DNA of 64,000 nucleotides from Candidatus Rariloculaceae bacterium (GTDB lineage: Bacteria > Pseudomonadota > Gammaproteobacteria > Steroidobacterales > Rariloculaceae), in contig JBJKYL010000013.1 of NCBI GenBank assembly GCA_045561055.1, forward strand, positions 64,495 through 128,494. The letters are read 5' to 3'. Below, piece after piece: positions 1 through 8,752 of this stretch; the stretch's first letter is position 1; each line of letters opens with the position of its first letter. The notes below the pieces were generated by a model, which did no database searches, had not been told where the DNA came from, and saw only the letters and a list, made by a program, of their open reading frames with translations. Made by a program: the position numbers and the translations under genes.

Positions 1-870
1 ACCTAGCTGTTGGCAAATCTTGGAGACGTCAAGATACTGGTGCAGCCCCCGGCCATTGACACGCATAAGATCACGGGTTGGTGACGCAAACTGATCAGGC
101 GCCGACAGGATCTCCAGCGGCCACTCCATCGCCTCTGCAATCAGGCCGACCCATTGGGCGAAAGAAAACTGGCGCTCATCGCCACAGTTATATATTTGCC
201 CCGCTGAAGTTTGAGGTTGATCGACCGCGAGCAGAACCGCGTGCGCTAAATTCTCCGAATAACCTCGAGAGGTTATCGCCAGCCCGCTATTAGGCAATAT
301 CGCGTAGGATCGTTGGTCGAGACAGCGTTGCATTACCCACCAAAAACTTGTCGGGGCAACTTGCCAAGGTCCATACACAAGTGGATAGCGGTAATGGGTG
401 ACATTCATTGTCCCCGCCGTGTGTTGTGCCATGACCGCATCTTCGGTCGTGCGAACTAGATAGCTGAAGCGACTCTCTTCTTCCGTCTCGACTAAGGGAG
501 CATCCTCAGACGTGGGAATCGGCATCCCTGATGGAGTATATTCTTTTGGCGTTCCAGGCAAACCGAACCCACTATAACTCGCCATGCCGCCCACCGAAAT
601 AAGCCGGTCCGTCTTCTTTGAAACAACTTCCGCGACGTAGCGTAGTCGACCATATGTGGCTATCACGATGTCGAATGTCCGTGCTCTGAGCGCCGCCTCA
701 AGGCTTTCGGTAAAATGCGGATCGCCAACGACTCGTTCAACGCTTGGCGGAATCGCGTTTGAGTCACGACTTCCCCGGTTCAGCATTACGACATCGTAGC
801 CCCGGGCGATTAATCCACCAATGATGTGCGGTCCAGTAGGTCCGGTGCCACCGATTATCAATGCCTTCAT
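1..870 (-). CDS. NAD(P)-binding Rossmann-fold protein, NAD-dependent epimerase/dehydratase (extended SDR) family; C-terminus runs off the left edge
   Basis: Absent from the ORF track because it has no stop inside the window. Reverse complement of 841-870 reads ATG AAG GCA TTG ATA ATC GGT GGC ACC GGA, giving MKALIIGGTGPTGPHIIGGL (GxxGxxG loop). I checked that the frame stays open at 781-870 and at 1-60 (VNGRGLHQYLDVSKICQQLG). Confidence 0.6.
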   Translation of the reverse strand, partial: MKALIIGGTGPTGPHIIGGLIARGYDVVMLNRGSRDSNAIPPSVERVVGDPHFTESLEAALRARTFDIVIATYGRLRYVAEVVSKKTDRLISVGGMASYSGFGLPGTPKEYTPSGMPIPTSEDAPLVETEEESRFSYLVRTTEDAVMAQHTAGTMNVTHYRYPLVYGPWQVAPTSFWWVMQRCLDQRSYAILPNSGLAITSRGYSENLAHAVLLAVDQPQTSAGQIYNCGDERQFSFAQWVGLIAEAMEWPLEILSAPDQFASPTRDLMRVNGRGLHQYLDVSKICQQLG

Positions 871-1077
871 TTCTGAATCCTCAGGTTTTTTGGTTATGTA
901 GACAGCTCGTTCTGGAAAGAATTTCCTATTCTTCATTACTCTTGTTCTACTAACCAGTAGAAGATTAGTCGAGAAATTATGGGTATTCTTTGCATATAGT
1001 TAATGTGCTTAAACACGCCACCTGTATGTACCATATGCGATACTGGGACTTACATATAAATAACCTATTGTTTTTAT

Positions 1078-1154
1078 TGGTCGGGGTGAGAGGATTTGAA
1101 CCTCCGGCCCCTGCCTCCCGAAGACAGTGCTCTACCAGGCTGAGCTACACCCCG
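1078..1154 (-). tRNA. tRNA-Pro, anticodon CGG
   Basis: Reverse complement is CGGGGTGTAGCTCAGCCTGGTAGAGCACTGTCTTCGGGAGGCAGGGGCCGGAGGTTCAAATCCTCTCACCCCGACCA. Acceptor stem CGGGGTG/CACCCCG, anticodon stem CTGTC/GGCAG with loop TTCGGGA, T-arm GGAGG-TTCAAAT-CCTCT, encoded CCA; 77 nt. Very similar to the E. coli tRNA-Pro(CGG) as I remember it. Confidence 0.9.
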
Positions 1155-1607
1155 TTACAAGAAGAAACAATAGAATCAATTATATGATGGACAGCTTCGG
1201 GAGAGTTGTTCGCGATCTTGATTCAGTATGCCTGATTTCTGATGTGAATCGACGTCTCACGATCATCTAATACTGTTTCCGTGAGACAGACCCATATTGT
1301 CACGAAACGTGGATAGAGTATAGACACTATGGTTTGTGCATATCTAGTGGTTTCAGACCGGAACTCAAAGGGATCTTCGTTTTATCCTCTATATAGATAA
1401 AATCGTTTTTACATTACAGCAGAATTTTCGTATTGGGTAGACAGCCCTAGGCCTTATAGTCAGAGGGTTTTCCGTGTTTTTTGTTCCCCAATAGTTGAAA
1501 GAAAGGAAAGCATGGTGTGTATAAGTGCTTATGTTATTTGGGAAGCTATGGCTATAATTAGTGAGTTGCCAGTAACCCTGTCTGGATCAAAAAATTGGGC
1601 GAATGAG

Positions 1608-2693
1608 ATGACCATCAGAATGCTTTTGTGTCGGCTAGTTAAATCACTTGCGTCTGAAATTGTTTTTTTCGGCATCCTAAGTTTGCCTATCGTGAGTAGT
1701 GCTCATCATGCTATTGCTGGTAACTACGATTCCCAAACCGTCGTTGAGGTAGAAGGGGAAATTACGTCAATCTTGATGCGAAATCCGCATCCACAAATAG
1801 CGATGCGTGTCACGACAGAAAATGGTGAAGTACAGGATTGGCAGATGGCAACTACGGCGCTTAGCAATATGCGTAGGTGGCAGATTGATCCTGATTTTAT
1901 CCAAGTTGGCGATATTATTCGGGCGGCTGGAAATCCTTCTGTTCGAGTAGACTATGGGCTCTATATCAGTAACCTTTTGACCGCGGAAGGTGAAGAAGTC
2001 CTGTTAGGTGGCAACGTTCAGCCGATATGGACTGACCGTACGATCGAAATGTCTACAAGTAGACGTGCAGGGCTTGGCGATACCTCTTCACCGGAGCTGG
2101 GGATCTTTCGGGTCTGGAGTACAGTCGACAACATCCCCATGCTCATGCCGAGAAATATCGGCCGAACACCTGCAGGTCGCGCTAATCTTACCGAAGCCGC
2201 ACTTGTAGCGGTCGATGATTTTGATTGGGTGCGTGACAATCCACTAAAAAACTGTGCTGAAAAAGGTATGCCACTTATCATGGAAGCGCCCTATCCGTTT
2301 GAATTTCTGCAGGACGGTGAGAATATTCTCTGGCATAACGAGGAGTTCGATACCTATCGGACAATTCATATGTCGCCTAATGCTTCCACAGGTGGACAGC
2401 CAAACTCGCTACTCGGCTACTCGTTAGGGTACTGGGAGGACGAATTCACACTGGTCGTTAATACGAGCCACGTTAACTGGGGGCATTTCGACGGTCAGGG
2501 TGTTCCGGCAAGTACACAGTTAGAATCTATCGAGCGTTTTGAGCTAAGTCCACAAGGGGACCGGCTAGATTACAGCATCACAATCTCTGATCCGGTGTAC
2601 CTAATTGAACCAATGACTTTCGGTAAGCATTGGGTCTGGTACCCCGACGCTGAGGTCGGCGTCTACGATTGTTTGGTCGCAGCAGAAGATTAA
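1608..2693 (+). CDS. Exported fused N+C two-module protein (His-His/NPH N-module plus Cys-bracketed C-module), function unknown; paralog L1
   Basis: ORF track gives 1512-2693. I prefer the internal ATG at 1608 (MTIRMLLCRLV...PIVSSA|HHAIAG) because it yields a normal signal peptide. HH lies at 1704-1709, then LMRNPHPQI. Linker GIFRVWS; C-module NCAEKGMP, LGYSLGYWEDEFTLVVNTSH, ISDPVYLIEP, YDC near the end. Confidence 0.8.
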   Translation: MTIRMLLCRLVKSLASEIVFFGILSLPIVSSAHHAIAGNYDSQTVVEVEGEITSILMRNPHPQIAMRVTTENGEVQDWQMATTALSNMRRWQIDPDFIQVGDIIRAAGNPSVRVDYGLYISNLLTAEGEEVLLGGNVQPIWTDRTIEMSTSRRAGLGDTSSPELGIFRVWSTVDNIPMLMPRNIGRTPAGRANLTEAALVAVDDFDWVRDNPLKNCAEKGMPLIMEAPYPFEFLQDGENILWHNEEFDTYRTIHMSPNASTGGQPNSLLGYSLGYWEDEFTLVVNTSHVNWGHFDGQGVPASTQLESIERFELSPQGDRLDYSITISDPVYLIEPMTFGKHWVWYPDAEVGVYDCLVAAED

Positions 2694-2765
2694 TCTCAGC
2701 GCAAAGTTAATATCGTCTTTCGTATCGTTTTGGGTACCGTTCTTTTACTAAAAATAGTTGGGCTT

Positions 2766-3974
2766 CTATTCCATTAGTATAAATTTTTGTACGCGCTTAC
2801 CCGTCAGTACTTCGCCTGTATAAATATTGCCTTGCGAATCGCTCGCTATACCGTCGATCCAATAGAATTGACCCGCATTTCTTCCTGGGCTACCGAACTG
2901 TCCAACGTGGTCTCCCGTCATGCGGTCATGAATCCATACTCTATGATTTGTACCATCAGCGATAAACATGTATTTCTGTGCGTCGTCGTGAGAGAACGCC
3001 AAGCTGTAAGTTGTTCCACACATTGGTAGGGTTGCATGACCGGGCCCACCGCACATCGGACCACGTGCCGGTGTGTTCGGTGCTACATGGATGTCTTGAA
3101 CGTGTTCACCTTGCTTTGTGAAAACTTGAATGCGATTCATGCCGCGTTCACAGATGTAGACCAAACCGTCGTTAGAAATCATAGTGCAGTGAAGAGCTGG
3201 TGCGAACGCTTCTTGATAAGGCGGTGGGCCACCATTCCAATCATATGCCGGAGTGCGTTCGTTACTGATCTCGCTTAGCGGCATACCATGACCGCCCCAG
3301 CCGCGCTTAAAATCGCCGTTATCCATATCATAGACAAGCACGCGTTTGCCCTCAGTTAGATAAATCTCTCGGGCTTCGTTATCGAGCGTGAAGTTGTGCA
3401 CCCCGTTTACGAGTACGTCAGTCGCTTGATTGTCTTGAAAGTTTCTCGGTATCGGTATTTCGCCTGGTGCGGGCCTCGGGCCGCGAAAGGGAGCATCCCA
3501 GAGAAATTCTCCTTCGCGTGTAAACTTCATCAAGCCCTCACCCTGTCCGAACGCTGAAACCCAGACGTTGAAATCACTATCGACTACAACTGACTGTGGA
3601 CGTCGTGCCCACTGTGGATGAAAGCCAGGACCGCCCCATGCATTGTGTATATTCCCCTCGGCGTCGAATTCGATTATTTCGGGTGCCGGGATACAGCAGT
3701 CGCCACGAGGCGGTGAGTAAGTTGCCATTGCTTCGTCAGGGCGCATGTCATCAGCACGACTTACGGCCCATATGTGATCGTTCTTATCTGTAGTTATGAA
3801 GGGCACGCCTTGTATTAGCCAGGCGTTTGGAAACGGAACCTTCGGCCAGAATGGATCAACGGTGTATTCGGGTACAGCTATATCCTGTGCATAGGTGACT
3901 AGAGGAAGTGAGCTTAGTGTTACTAGTCCAATGAGAGAAAAGAAGTAATTTTCGCGTCGAAAAAATGTTTTCAT
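2766..3974 (-). CDS. Secreted NHL-repeat six-bladed beta-propeller, PAL-like (peptidyl-alpha-hydroxyglycine alpha-amidating lyase-like) with partly degenerate active-site positions
   Basis: Signal peptide MKTFFRRENYFFSLIGLVTLSSLPLVTYA|QD. VDPFWPKVPFP start, and the blade motifs LHCTMISNDGLVYICERGMNRIQVF and GIASDSQGNIYTGEVLTGKRVQKF, align to the paralog at 11601-12656 and to animal PAL as I recall it. Confidence 0.8.
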   Translation of the reverse strand: MKTFFRRENYFFSLIGLVTLSSLPLVTYAQDIAVPEYTVDPFWPKVPFPNAWLIQGVPFITTDKNDHIWAVSRADDMRPDEAMATYSPPRGDCCIPAPEIIEFDAEGNIHNAWGGPGFHPQWARRPQSVVVDSDFNVWVSAFGQGEGLMKFTREGEFLWDAPFRGPRPAPGEIPIPRNFQDNQATDVLVNGVHNFTLDNEAREIYLTEGKRVLVYDMDNGDFKRGWGGHGMPLSEISNERTPAYDWNGGPPPYQEAFAPALHCTMISNDGLVYICERGMNRIQVFTKQGEHVQDIHVAPNTPARGPMCGGPGHATLPMCGTTYSLAFSHDDAQKYMFIADGTNHRVWIHDRMTGDHVGQFGSPGRNAGQFYWIDGIASDSQGNIYTGEVLTGKRVQKFILME

Positions 3975-4285
3975 CTGCTACTCCCGAGAATTGTTATTGC
4001 ACTGCCTCTTAGCTAGTTTGAGGTTTTTTGAGTCAAAAATTATTTATATCAATGTTATCAGTTTCTAAAGTAGAGAGAGTGCACTGCTAGTTTAGGGTAA
4101 CTGGAATGTTATGAGTATCGAGATAAAAAAAACGTTACCGATAGCTAGCGATATCAGAAATTAAAGCTACTAAAAATAGCGATTGTTTTTGGTCTGGTAT
4201 ACGCTACCTACAATAAAGTTAGGGTCCTCAGAGGACAATTTCTCAATACTATAGTTCGCCAAATCAGCAATTTGTTGGAGATGAG

Positions 4286-5875
4286 ATGAGGTATTGGCTT
4301 GTTTTTTTAACCGTGTTTGGTCTCAGTATTCCTGCAGCCTATTCTCAAGAAAACCGTCGTCCGAATATTCTTTACATTGTCGCGGATGATCTGGGATTCA
4401 CCGATATTGGCGCATTTGGTAGCGAAATATCAACGCCTAATCTTGATGCATTAGCTTACGAAGGCGTTAGGTTGACGAACTTTCACACGGACCGTTCTTG
4501 CCAGGCTACCCGCACGATGTTGATGACCAGCACTGGAACAGGAAGATCACTGCAACTCATTGGGAATCCTATGAGCGGTAGGCGTGGGCATCTGTTGCGA
4601 CAGGATTGGGCAATTCTTCCAGAATTTCTGCAGGACGCTGGTTACACGACGTTTATGACGGGAAAATGGGATCTTGGTATTGGCGAAAATTATACGCCAC
4701 ACACGCGTGGATTTGATCGTTCCTTCGTGCTCCTTGACGCTTCGGCTAGTCATTTTGCAGAAAAATTCTGGGAGGACCCGACACCGTATCGGGACGAAGG
4801 TGTCATAGTGACGATTGATGACTTGCCTGAGAACTTTTACTCCACCGAGTACTACACGGACAAAATGATCGAGTACCTACAGGCCCACGGTAGCGATGAG
4901 CCTTGGTTCGCATACGTCCCCTATACCGCGCCGCATTGGCCTTTACAACTTCCTGATGCTTGGCTGGACCGTTACGCTGGAAGATACGATGAAGGGTACG
5001 ACGTATTACGCGAAGAGCGCATGGTGAAAGCCGAAGAACTGGGCGTGTTGCCGCCGAATGCTGACCCAGATAGCTATACGTTCTCCGAAAGTTCCTGGGC
5101 AACACTCAGTGCAGAAGACAAAGTGAAGCATGCGCGTGCCCAGGAGATATATGCCGGTATGGTTGAGTACATGGATATGAGTGTCGGCCGGCTCGTAGAT
5201 TATTTAGAGCAAAGCGGTCAAATTGACGATACCGTGATCATGTTTTCTTCCGATCATGGTGGTTCCGACAGTGCGGCTGGTCTAGTGGAAGGTGCACAGA
5301 CGGGTAACGTGCCGAATCTTGACCGTCGCGTCGAGAATTACGGTCGTAAGCGTTCTTATATCGACCATGGGCCCGGATTTGCTTCAGCGTCGACGGCGCC
5401 GCTCAAGGGTTATAAAGGAATGCATACGGAAGGGGGGCTGACTGCTGCCGCGTTCCTTTGGTATCCGGCGCAGATCCTGGCCGGTACGGTGAATAACACC
5501 TACATGACTGTTATGGACGTATTACCAACTTTTCTTGAAATAGCGGAAACTGAACACCCCGGCGCGTCTGAGTATAAGGGGCGTCAAATTAAAGGTATCG
5601 TTGGTCGATCGTTTTGGCCACATCTGATCGGTGAAGCCGATTTAGTTCATCCCCCGACTGATATTACTGGATGGGTGAACCGCGAATTCGGCGCGTTGAT
5701 TCGCGGTAACTTCAAACTTGTTAATGGAGAATCGTTAAATGCCGACGGTGTATCGCCATGGCAGCTCTACGATCTTTCAATTGATCGTGGTGAGACACGA
5801 GATATCTCCGCCGAGCATCCCGAATTGACTGCAGAACTTGCCGCTGAATGGCAAGAGAATTGGAGTCAGCGTTAG
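4286..5875 (+). CDS. Exported Cys-type (formylglycine) arylsulfatase, AtsA-like
   Basis: Signal peptide, then PNILYIVADDLGFTDIGAFGSEISTPNLD and the FGly motif SCQATRTMLMTS (C-x-A-x-R); later SSDHGG. Shine-Dalgarno-like GGAG lies 5 nt upstream of the ATG. About 60 percent identical by eye to the broken paralog at 29975-31670. Confidence 0.9.
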   Translation: MRYWLVFLTVFGLSIPAAYSQENRRPNILYIVADDLGFTDIGAFGSEISTPNLDALAYEGVRLTNFHTDRSCQATRTMLMTSTGTGRSLQLIGNPMSGRRGHLLRQDWAILPEFLQDAGYTTFMTGKWDLGIGENYTPHTRGFDRSFVLLDASASHFAEKFWEDPTPYRDEGVIVTIDDLPENFYSTEYYTDKMIEYLQAHGSDEPWFAYVPYTAPHWPLQLPDAWLDRYAGRYDEGYDVLREERMVKAEELGVLPPNADPDSYTFSESSWATLSAEDKVKHARAQEIYAGMVEYMDMSVGRLVDYLEQSGQIDDTVIMFSSDHGGSDSAAGLVEGAQTGNVPNLDRRVENYGRKRSYIDHGPGFASASTAPLKGYKGMHTEGGLTAAAFLWYPAQILAGTVNNTYMTVMDVLPTFLEIAETEHPGASEYKGRQIKGIVGRSFWPHLIGEADLVHPPTDITGWVNREFGALIRGNFKLVNGESLNADGVSPWQLYDLSIDRGETRDISAEHPELTAELAAEWQENWSQR

Positions 5876-5965
5876 ACCCTATATTTATACGTATTTGTTA
5901 TAGCATTGGTAGATGGTGAAGTGATCACTGACTGCATACCAAGATAAATCACTGACTATAATCTT

Positions 5966-5990
5966 ATATCATAACTTCAAGTTATGATAT
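5966..5990. promoter_or_regulatory. Perfect AT-rich palindrome containing a T-N11-A LysR-type box, about 40 bp upstream of the LysR gene
   Basis: ATATCATAACT-TCA-AGTTATGATAT: 11-bp arms with a 3-nt centre. The core TAACTTCAAGTTA is T-N11-A with dyad symmetry. Two copies of ATCACTGACT (5924-5933 and 5948-5957) lie just upstream. Confidence 0.35.
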
Positions 5991-6028
5991 GGTTGTTGAT
6001 TCTGAGTTAATTAGAGGAATCGAGAGCC

Positions 6029-6946
6029 ATTATCCAGTCAAGAAAAATTAGATATTTTCTTGTCGCTGCGGAGCATCTGCATTTTACCGCGGCCGCAGAG
6101 GAGCTATGTATCAGTCAACCAGCCCTATCTCGCAGTATGGGTCTACTCGAAGAGCAAATTGGTGAGCGGCTGTTTGAGCGAGCGGCAAATGGAGTTGCGT
6201 TGACGCGCTATGGAAAGATTCTCCAAAGACGCGCTCGGCTAATGGAGCTCGAAGCCAAGTACGCGCTTGATGAGATAAAAGCGACCAAGATGGGTTCGGG
6301 TGGCTCCCTTAAAATCGGTGCTGGGCCCGCATGGCTTAGAGTTATTCTTCCGCAAGCGATTCTCGAATTACAACGGGAGTATCTGAAACTCCAGTTAGAT
6401 TTAGTGACAGGTGTTGTTGAGACTCATTTAACTGCACTAATGTCTGGAAAGATAGATCTGTTATGTGGTGATCTGGATTTTCCAAATCATCCTGAATTGG
6501 TTTCTGTGCATTTAACTGATTTTGAGTTTGTCGTTGTCGCGAGTAGGAATCACCCGCTCGCGAAAAAATCTAAGGTAATCGCGGCAGACTTGGTGGCCTA
6601 TCAGTGGATTACGCTCAGAGGAGATTACCTTGGAAACAATCGGTTCACCACGTTTTTTTCAGCACAGGGTCACTCCAGCCCCGAAATCAGTATTTTTGTA
6701 AGTCCTGGTGTTTCGATATTCGGAATACTGGAGGATAGTGATTATCTTACCTGCATTCCTAAACAATTTTTAGAGATAGCGCAAGGTGCTGGATGTCTAG
6801 CTATTGATATAGAGCCACTCTGGCGCGCATCGCACGGCATTGTTTATAGGAAGAGGAGTGTACCGGAGCCAGCTATTTCTTCGTTGGTGTCTATTCTAAA
6901 AAAACAGTTTGTAGATTTAATTGAGAGATCGACTTCTGCTAGTTAG
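6029..6946 (+). CDS. LysR-family transcriptional regulator; start codon uncertain (apparent ATT or ATC)
   Basis: The ORF track starts at ATG 6137, but the same frame is open from the stop at 6008-6010. It encodes IIQSRKIRYFLVAAEHLHFTAAAEELCISQPALSRSM, the LysR winged-HTH. No ATG, GTG or TTG exists in that stretch. GAGGAA at 6014-6019 sits 9 nt before ATT 6029. Confidence 0.75.
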   Translation: MIQSRKIRYFLVAAEHLHFTAAAEELCISQPALSRSMGLLEEQIGERLFERAANGVALTRYGKILQRRARLMELEAKYALDEIKATKMGSGGSLKIGAGPAWLRVILPQAILELQREYLKLQLDLVTGVVETHLTALMSGKIDLLCGDLDFPNHPELVSVHLTDFEFVVVASRNHPLAKKSKVIAADLVAYQWITLRGDYLGNNRFTTFFSAQGHSSPEISIFVSPGVSIFGILEDSDYLTCIPKQFLEIAQGAGCLAIDIEPLWRASHGIVYRKRSVPEPAISSLVSILKKQFVDLIERSTSAS

Positions 6947-6977
6947 CACCGACCTGGGCTCGGCCATACTTGGCACT

Positions 6978-7604
6978 CTAGACTTCGATACGAACTAGGT
7001 CTTCCCGCGGCACTCCTTCTTGGTATTTTTTTAGAAATTCTGCTGGATCGACCTCGACGCCATCGAAATTTTTCTGGTAAGCCTCTGTCTGAAAGTATGC
7101 GAGATAGTCCTCTTGATTATCGAAATTCGGCGTAGATATTTCTGCAAAGTTGTTGTCCGGATCCTGAAAATAAAAACTCGTTCCTGGGCCGTGATTAAAT
7201 GACTGCGTTGGTTCGATGCCGCATTTACTTAGTGCTGCGTATTTCTTCATAAAATCGTCAAAGACAGGGATGCGTACTTGAAAATGGTGTATTCCAGGGC
7301 CTTTGTAACCGACCTTATCTCGATCGGATGTATCCATTTCCGGAAACTCAAATATTCCGAAGACCTCGGTCCATGGAAAATCTGCATAGATTCTAAAGAA
7401 GGCGACTCCTTTGTTTCCCTCCCATGCGACGGCACCGGAGTCCGTGGTTAGAACGCTTGGTTCTTGGCCTAGGAATACCTCATACCAGTCGACCATCGTT
7501 TTGAATTGCTGCGTATAGATTACGACTTCGCTCAAACGCATCGGAGTTAAACCAGCGTTTAATTCCTTTTGTGCTGTGACATTAGCGATAATTTTTTTTG
7601 GCAT
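6978..7604 (-). CDS. VOC (glyoxalase/bleomycin-resistance/extradiol dioxygenase) superfamily protein
   Basis: 208 aa and no signal peptide. MRLSEVVIYTQQFKTMVDWYEVFLG and GIHHFQVRIPVFDDF resemble paired beta-alpha-beta-beta-beta VOC modules. Family-level call only. Confidence 0.65.
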   Translation of the reverse strand: MPKKIIANVTAQKELNAGLTPMRLSEVVIYTQQFKTMVDWYEVFLGQEPSVLTTDSGAVAWEGNKGVAFFRIYADFPWTEVFGIFEFPEMDTSDRDKVGYKGPGIHHFQVRIPVFDDFMKKYAALSKCGIEPTQSFNHGPGTSFYFQDPDNNFAEISTPNFDNQEDYLAYFQTEAYQKNFDGVEVDPAEFLKKYQEGVPREDLVRIEV

Positions 7605-7717
7605 TCCAATAACTCCAATGTATATGAGGCAAGATAAACTATCTTAATAATAATCTATAATTATACTCACAGTCCGAAATTCGGTTTTTATAAAATCTAG
7701 CGGGAATACTATCAATT

Positions 7718-8728
7718 ATGAAGGTCTTAATAGTTCTGTTTTGTTTTATGTTAGCGCCGACGCTTGGTTTTTCGCACCATTCGCGAGCTGAGTTTTCAGA
7801 TGAAGTCGAAGAGATTACCGGTGAGCTCATTAGTGCGCGTTGGACTAATCCTCATCCAGAGCTGACATTGCTTGTTACTGGGGCGGACGGACTACAGGAG
7901 ACGCTCGTCGTCCAGGTATATGGTGCCGCTAACAATTTACGGCAAGCTGGCGTCACCGACGAGTTGTTCGATATTGGGGATGAGGTGACGATTGCTGGTC
8001 AGCGTTCCTCCCGTCGCGAAGACTTAATCCTCGGCACACATATGCTATTGGTTGATGGTAGACAGGCTATTTTTCATCGCACGTTAGAGCCGTTTTGGTC
8101 GACCGAAATCGTCGGCGGCATGGAAAATTTTCTCGAAGCTGGTTCGGGGCTTGCGGATGGGTTGGCGGAGAATCGAGGATTGTTTCGGATGTGGAGCATT
8201 GTGCAGGGTCCCGGTGGTGATCGTCGTAGTCTGCATATGCTATTGACTGAAGCTGGGATAGCCCGACAGGCTGAGTTCGATGAGGAAAACAGCTGGATTG
8301 GTCGCCTTGAAAAACCTGGCATGCCCGCTTTTATGAACAGTCGCAATAATTTCGAATTCTTTGACGATGGTGACACGATTCGTTACGAGCAAGGCGTGTT
8401 TGATGTCGTACGAACTATCTATCTCCCGGAATCAGAGGGGTTAGAGGACCCTTCCCACTCACCACTAGGTTACTCGACCGGACGGATGGAAGGTAGGACT
8501 TTAATTGTTGAGACAACTCGGCTTAATTGGCCTTACTTTAATCGCGAAGGGATTCCGTTAAGTGAAGATGTGCATATTACTGAGAGATTTACCGTAAGTG
8601 ACGACCAGACAAGTCTCGATTATCACATGACCATTGTCGATCCTGTTAACTTTTCGGAGCCAGTAACTTTGACGCGCCATTGGGTAGCGCTAGAGAACCC
8701 GACGCCTGACGAACGCTACGTTCGATAG
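7718..8728 (+). CDS. Exported fused N+C two-module protein, paralog L2 (the only Cys-free member)
   Basis: MKVLIVLFCFMLAPTLGFS|HHSRAEF, then RWTNPHPEL. Linker GLFRMWS. C-module has EKPGMP (no Cys), LGYSTGRMEGRTLIVETTRLNWPYF, TERFTVSDD, VDPVNFSEP, and a C-terminus ENPTPDERYVR with no Cys. Confidence 0.85.
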   Translation: MKVLIVLFCFMLAPTLGFSHHSRAEFSDEVEEITGELISARWTNPHPELTLLVTGADGLQETLVVQVYGAANNLRQAGVTDELFDIGDEVTIAGQRSSRREDLILGTHMLLVDGRQAIFHRTLEPFWSTEIVGGMENFLEAGSGLADGLAENRGLFRMWSIVQGPGGDRRSLHMLLTEAGIARQAEFDEENSWIGRLEKPGMPAFMNSRNNFEFFDDGDTIRYEQGVFDVVRTIYLPESEGLEDPSHSPLGYSTGRMEGRTLIVETTRLNWPYFNREGIPLSEDVHITERFTVSDDQTSLDYHMTIVDPVNFSEPVTLTRHWVALENPTPDERYVR

Positions 8729-8752
8729 GTTAGTCAGAGAGTCTGTAGTTAC

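Noticed and set aside
78-293. 71-aa plus-strand ORF at the left edge
   Set aside because: It lies antisense inside the well-supported minus-strand Rossmann-fold gene (1-870). It has a Pro/Arg/Ala-rich low-complexity composition and no recognisable motif.
990-1187. 65-aa plus-strand ORF
   Set aside because: It runs antisense straight through the tRNA-Pro gene (1078-1154). The tRNA cloverleaf fully explains the sequence, so the ORF is a by-product.
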